Source: Candidatus Marinacidobacterales bacterium (GTDB taxonomy: Bacteria > Acidobacteriota > Vicinamibacteria > Marinacidobacterales > DATDRI01). From it: DNA of 64,000 nt. Positions 63,642-64,000 of this stretch are shown here, one piece after another. Position numbers and translations under genes: made by a program. The stretch spans positions 5,024,001 to 5,088,000 of the forward strand of contig CBDCNP010000002.1 of assembly GCA_965219415.1 (NCBI GenBank), read 5' to 3'. Numbering within the stretch: the first letter of the stretch is position 1; each line of letters opens with the position of its first letter. Under the pieces are notes generated by a model. That model searched no databases and was not told the origin of the DNA. It saw only the letters and a list, made by a program, of their open reading frames with translations.

Positions 63642-64000
63642 GACAACCCGTCGAGATTCAGACGATCCAGCAGCATTGCAAGACGCTTCGGATGCCAACG
63701 GTGTCAGCTCAGTTCCACAAGCTCGCAGAACAAGCTAGCCGCGAAAAACAAACCCACGTGGGTTATCTGGAGGTTCTGCTCAGCTCTGAAGTCGAAGAGC
63801 GAGAACACCGAACGGTTCAGAGACGGCTGAAGGAAGCACAGCTGCCGAGAGCGAAGACGCTCGACGAGTTCGACTTCTCGCTGTCACCGAAGCTGTCCGC
63901 TCAGCGAATCCGCCAACTCACTGAGGGTAGATACCTCGAGCGGGCAGAGCCGGTGATTTTTTCTCGGCGATGCCGGCACTGGCAAAACCCATCTCGCCAC
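63638..64000 (+). CDS. istB: IS21 helper ATPase IstB (3' partial)
   Basis: MRQPVE..KTLDEFDF; Walker A GDAGTGKTHLA follows one extra T in a T-run at ~63960. Confidence 0.88.
   Translation, partial: MRQPVEIQTIQQHCKTLRMPTVSAQFHKLAEQASREKQTHVGYLEVLLSSEVEEREHRTVQRRLKEAQLPRAKTLDEFDFSLSPKLSAQRIRQLTEGRYLERAEPVIFSRRCRHWQNPSRH

Larger units (their letters stand above)
61986..64000 (+). mobile_element. IS21-family element (runs off the window)
   Basis: TG start with tandem TCTG(T/A)TTTGGCCCA repeats, then istA-istB. Confidence 0.88.

Overview
GC-rich bacterial DNA. Gene content (GWxTD protein, carboxypeptidase-regulatory/TonB-like proteins, DUF4388) suggests Acidobacteriota; this is an inference. Four parts. 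(1) 1-13.8 kb: 4-hydroxybenzoyl-CoA-reductase-like hcrA/hcrB, a desaturase, trmB, an IS256-split porin and a frameshift-rich NarL two-component region with a repeated palindromic operator. (2) 14.5-21.6 kb: two convergent operons with a DUF4956-VTC (polyphosphate polymerase) fusion, two more DUF4956 paralogs and two CotH-type kinases. (3) 23-42.7 kb: intact core genes (eno, sigma-54 two-component system with GWxTD gene, hemE-hemH-hemY, tRNA-Gln). (4) 43.4-64 kb: a dense mobile-element zone (serine recombinase relic, IS3, two IS1111-type IS110 copies, IS1-like, rve/IS481-like, IS21, many orphan transposon ends) with cargo, including an ImmA/IrrE + membrane protein + MBL-hydrolase candidate defence module. 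Top finding: both IS110 copies sit at the same TG inside the terminal inverted repeat of IS1-like elements, and their downstream non-coding region contains readable target- and donor-matching loops (bridge/seekRNA-like). All family calls come from motif recognition by eye; no database searches were run.
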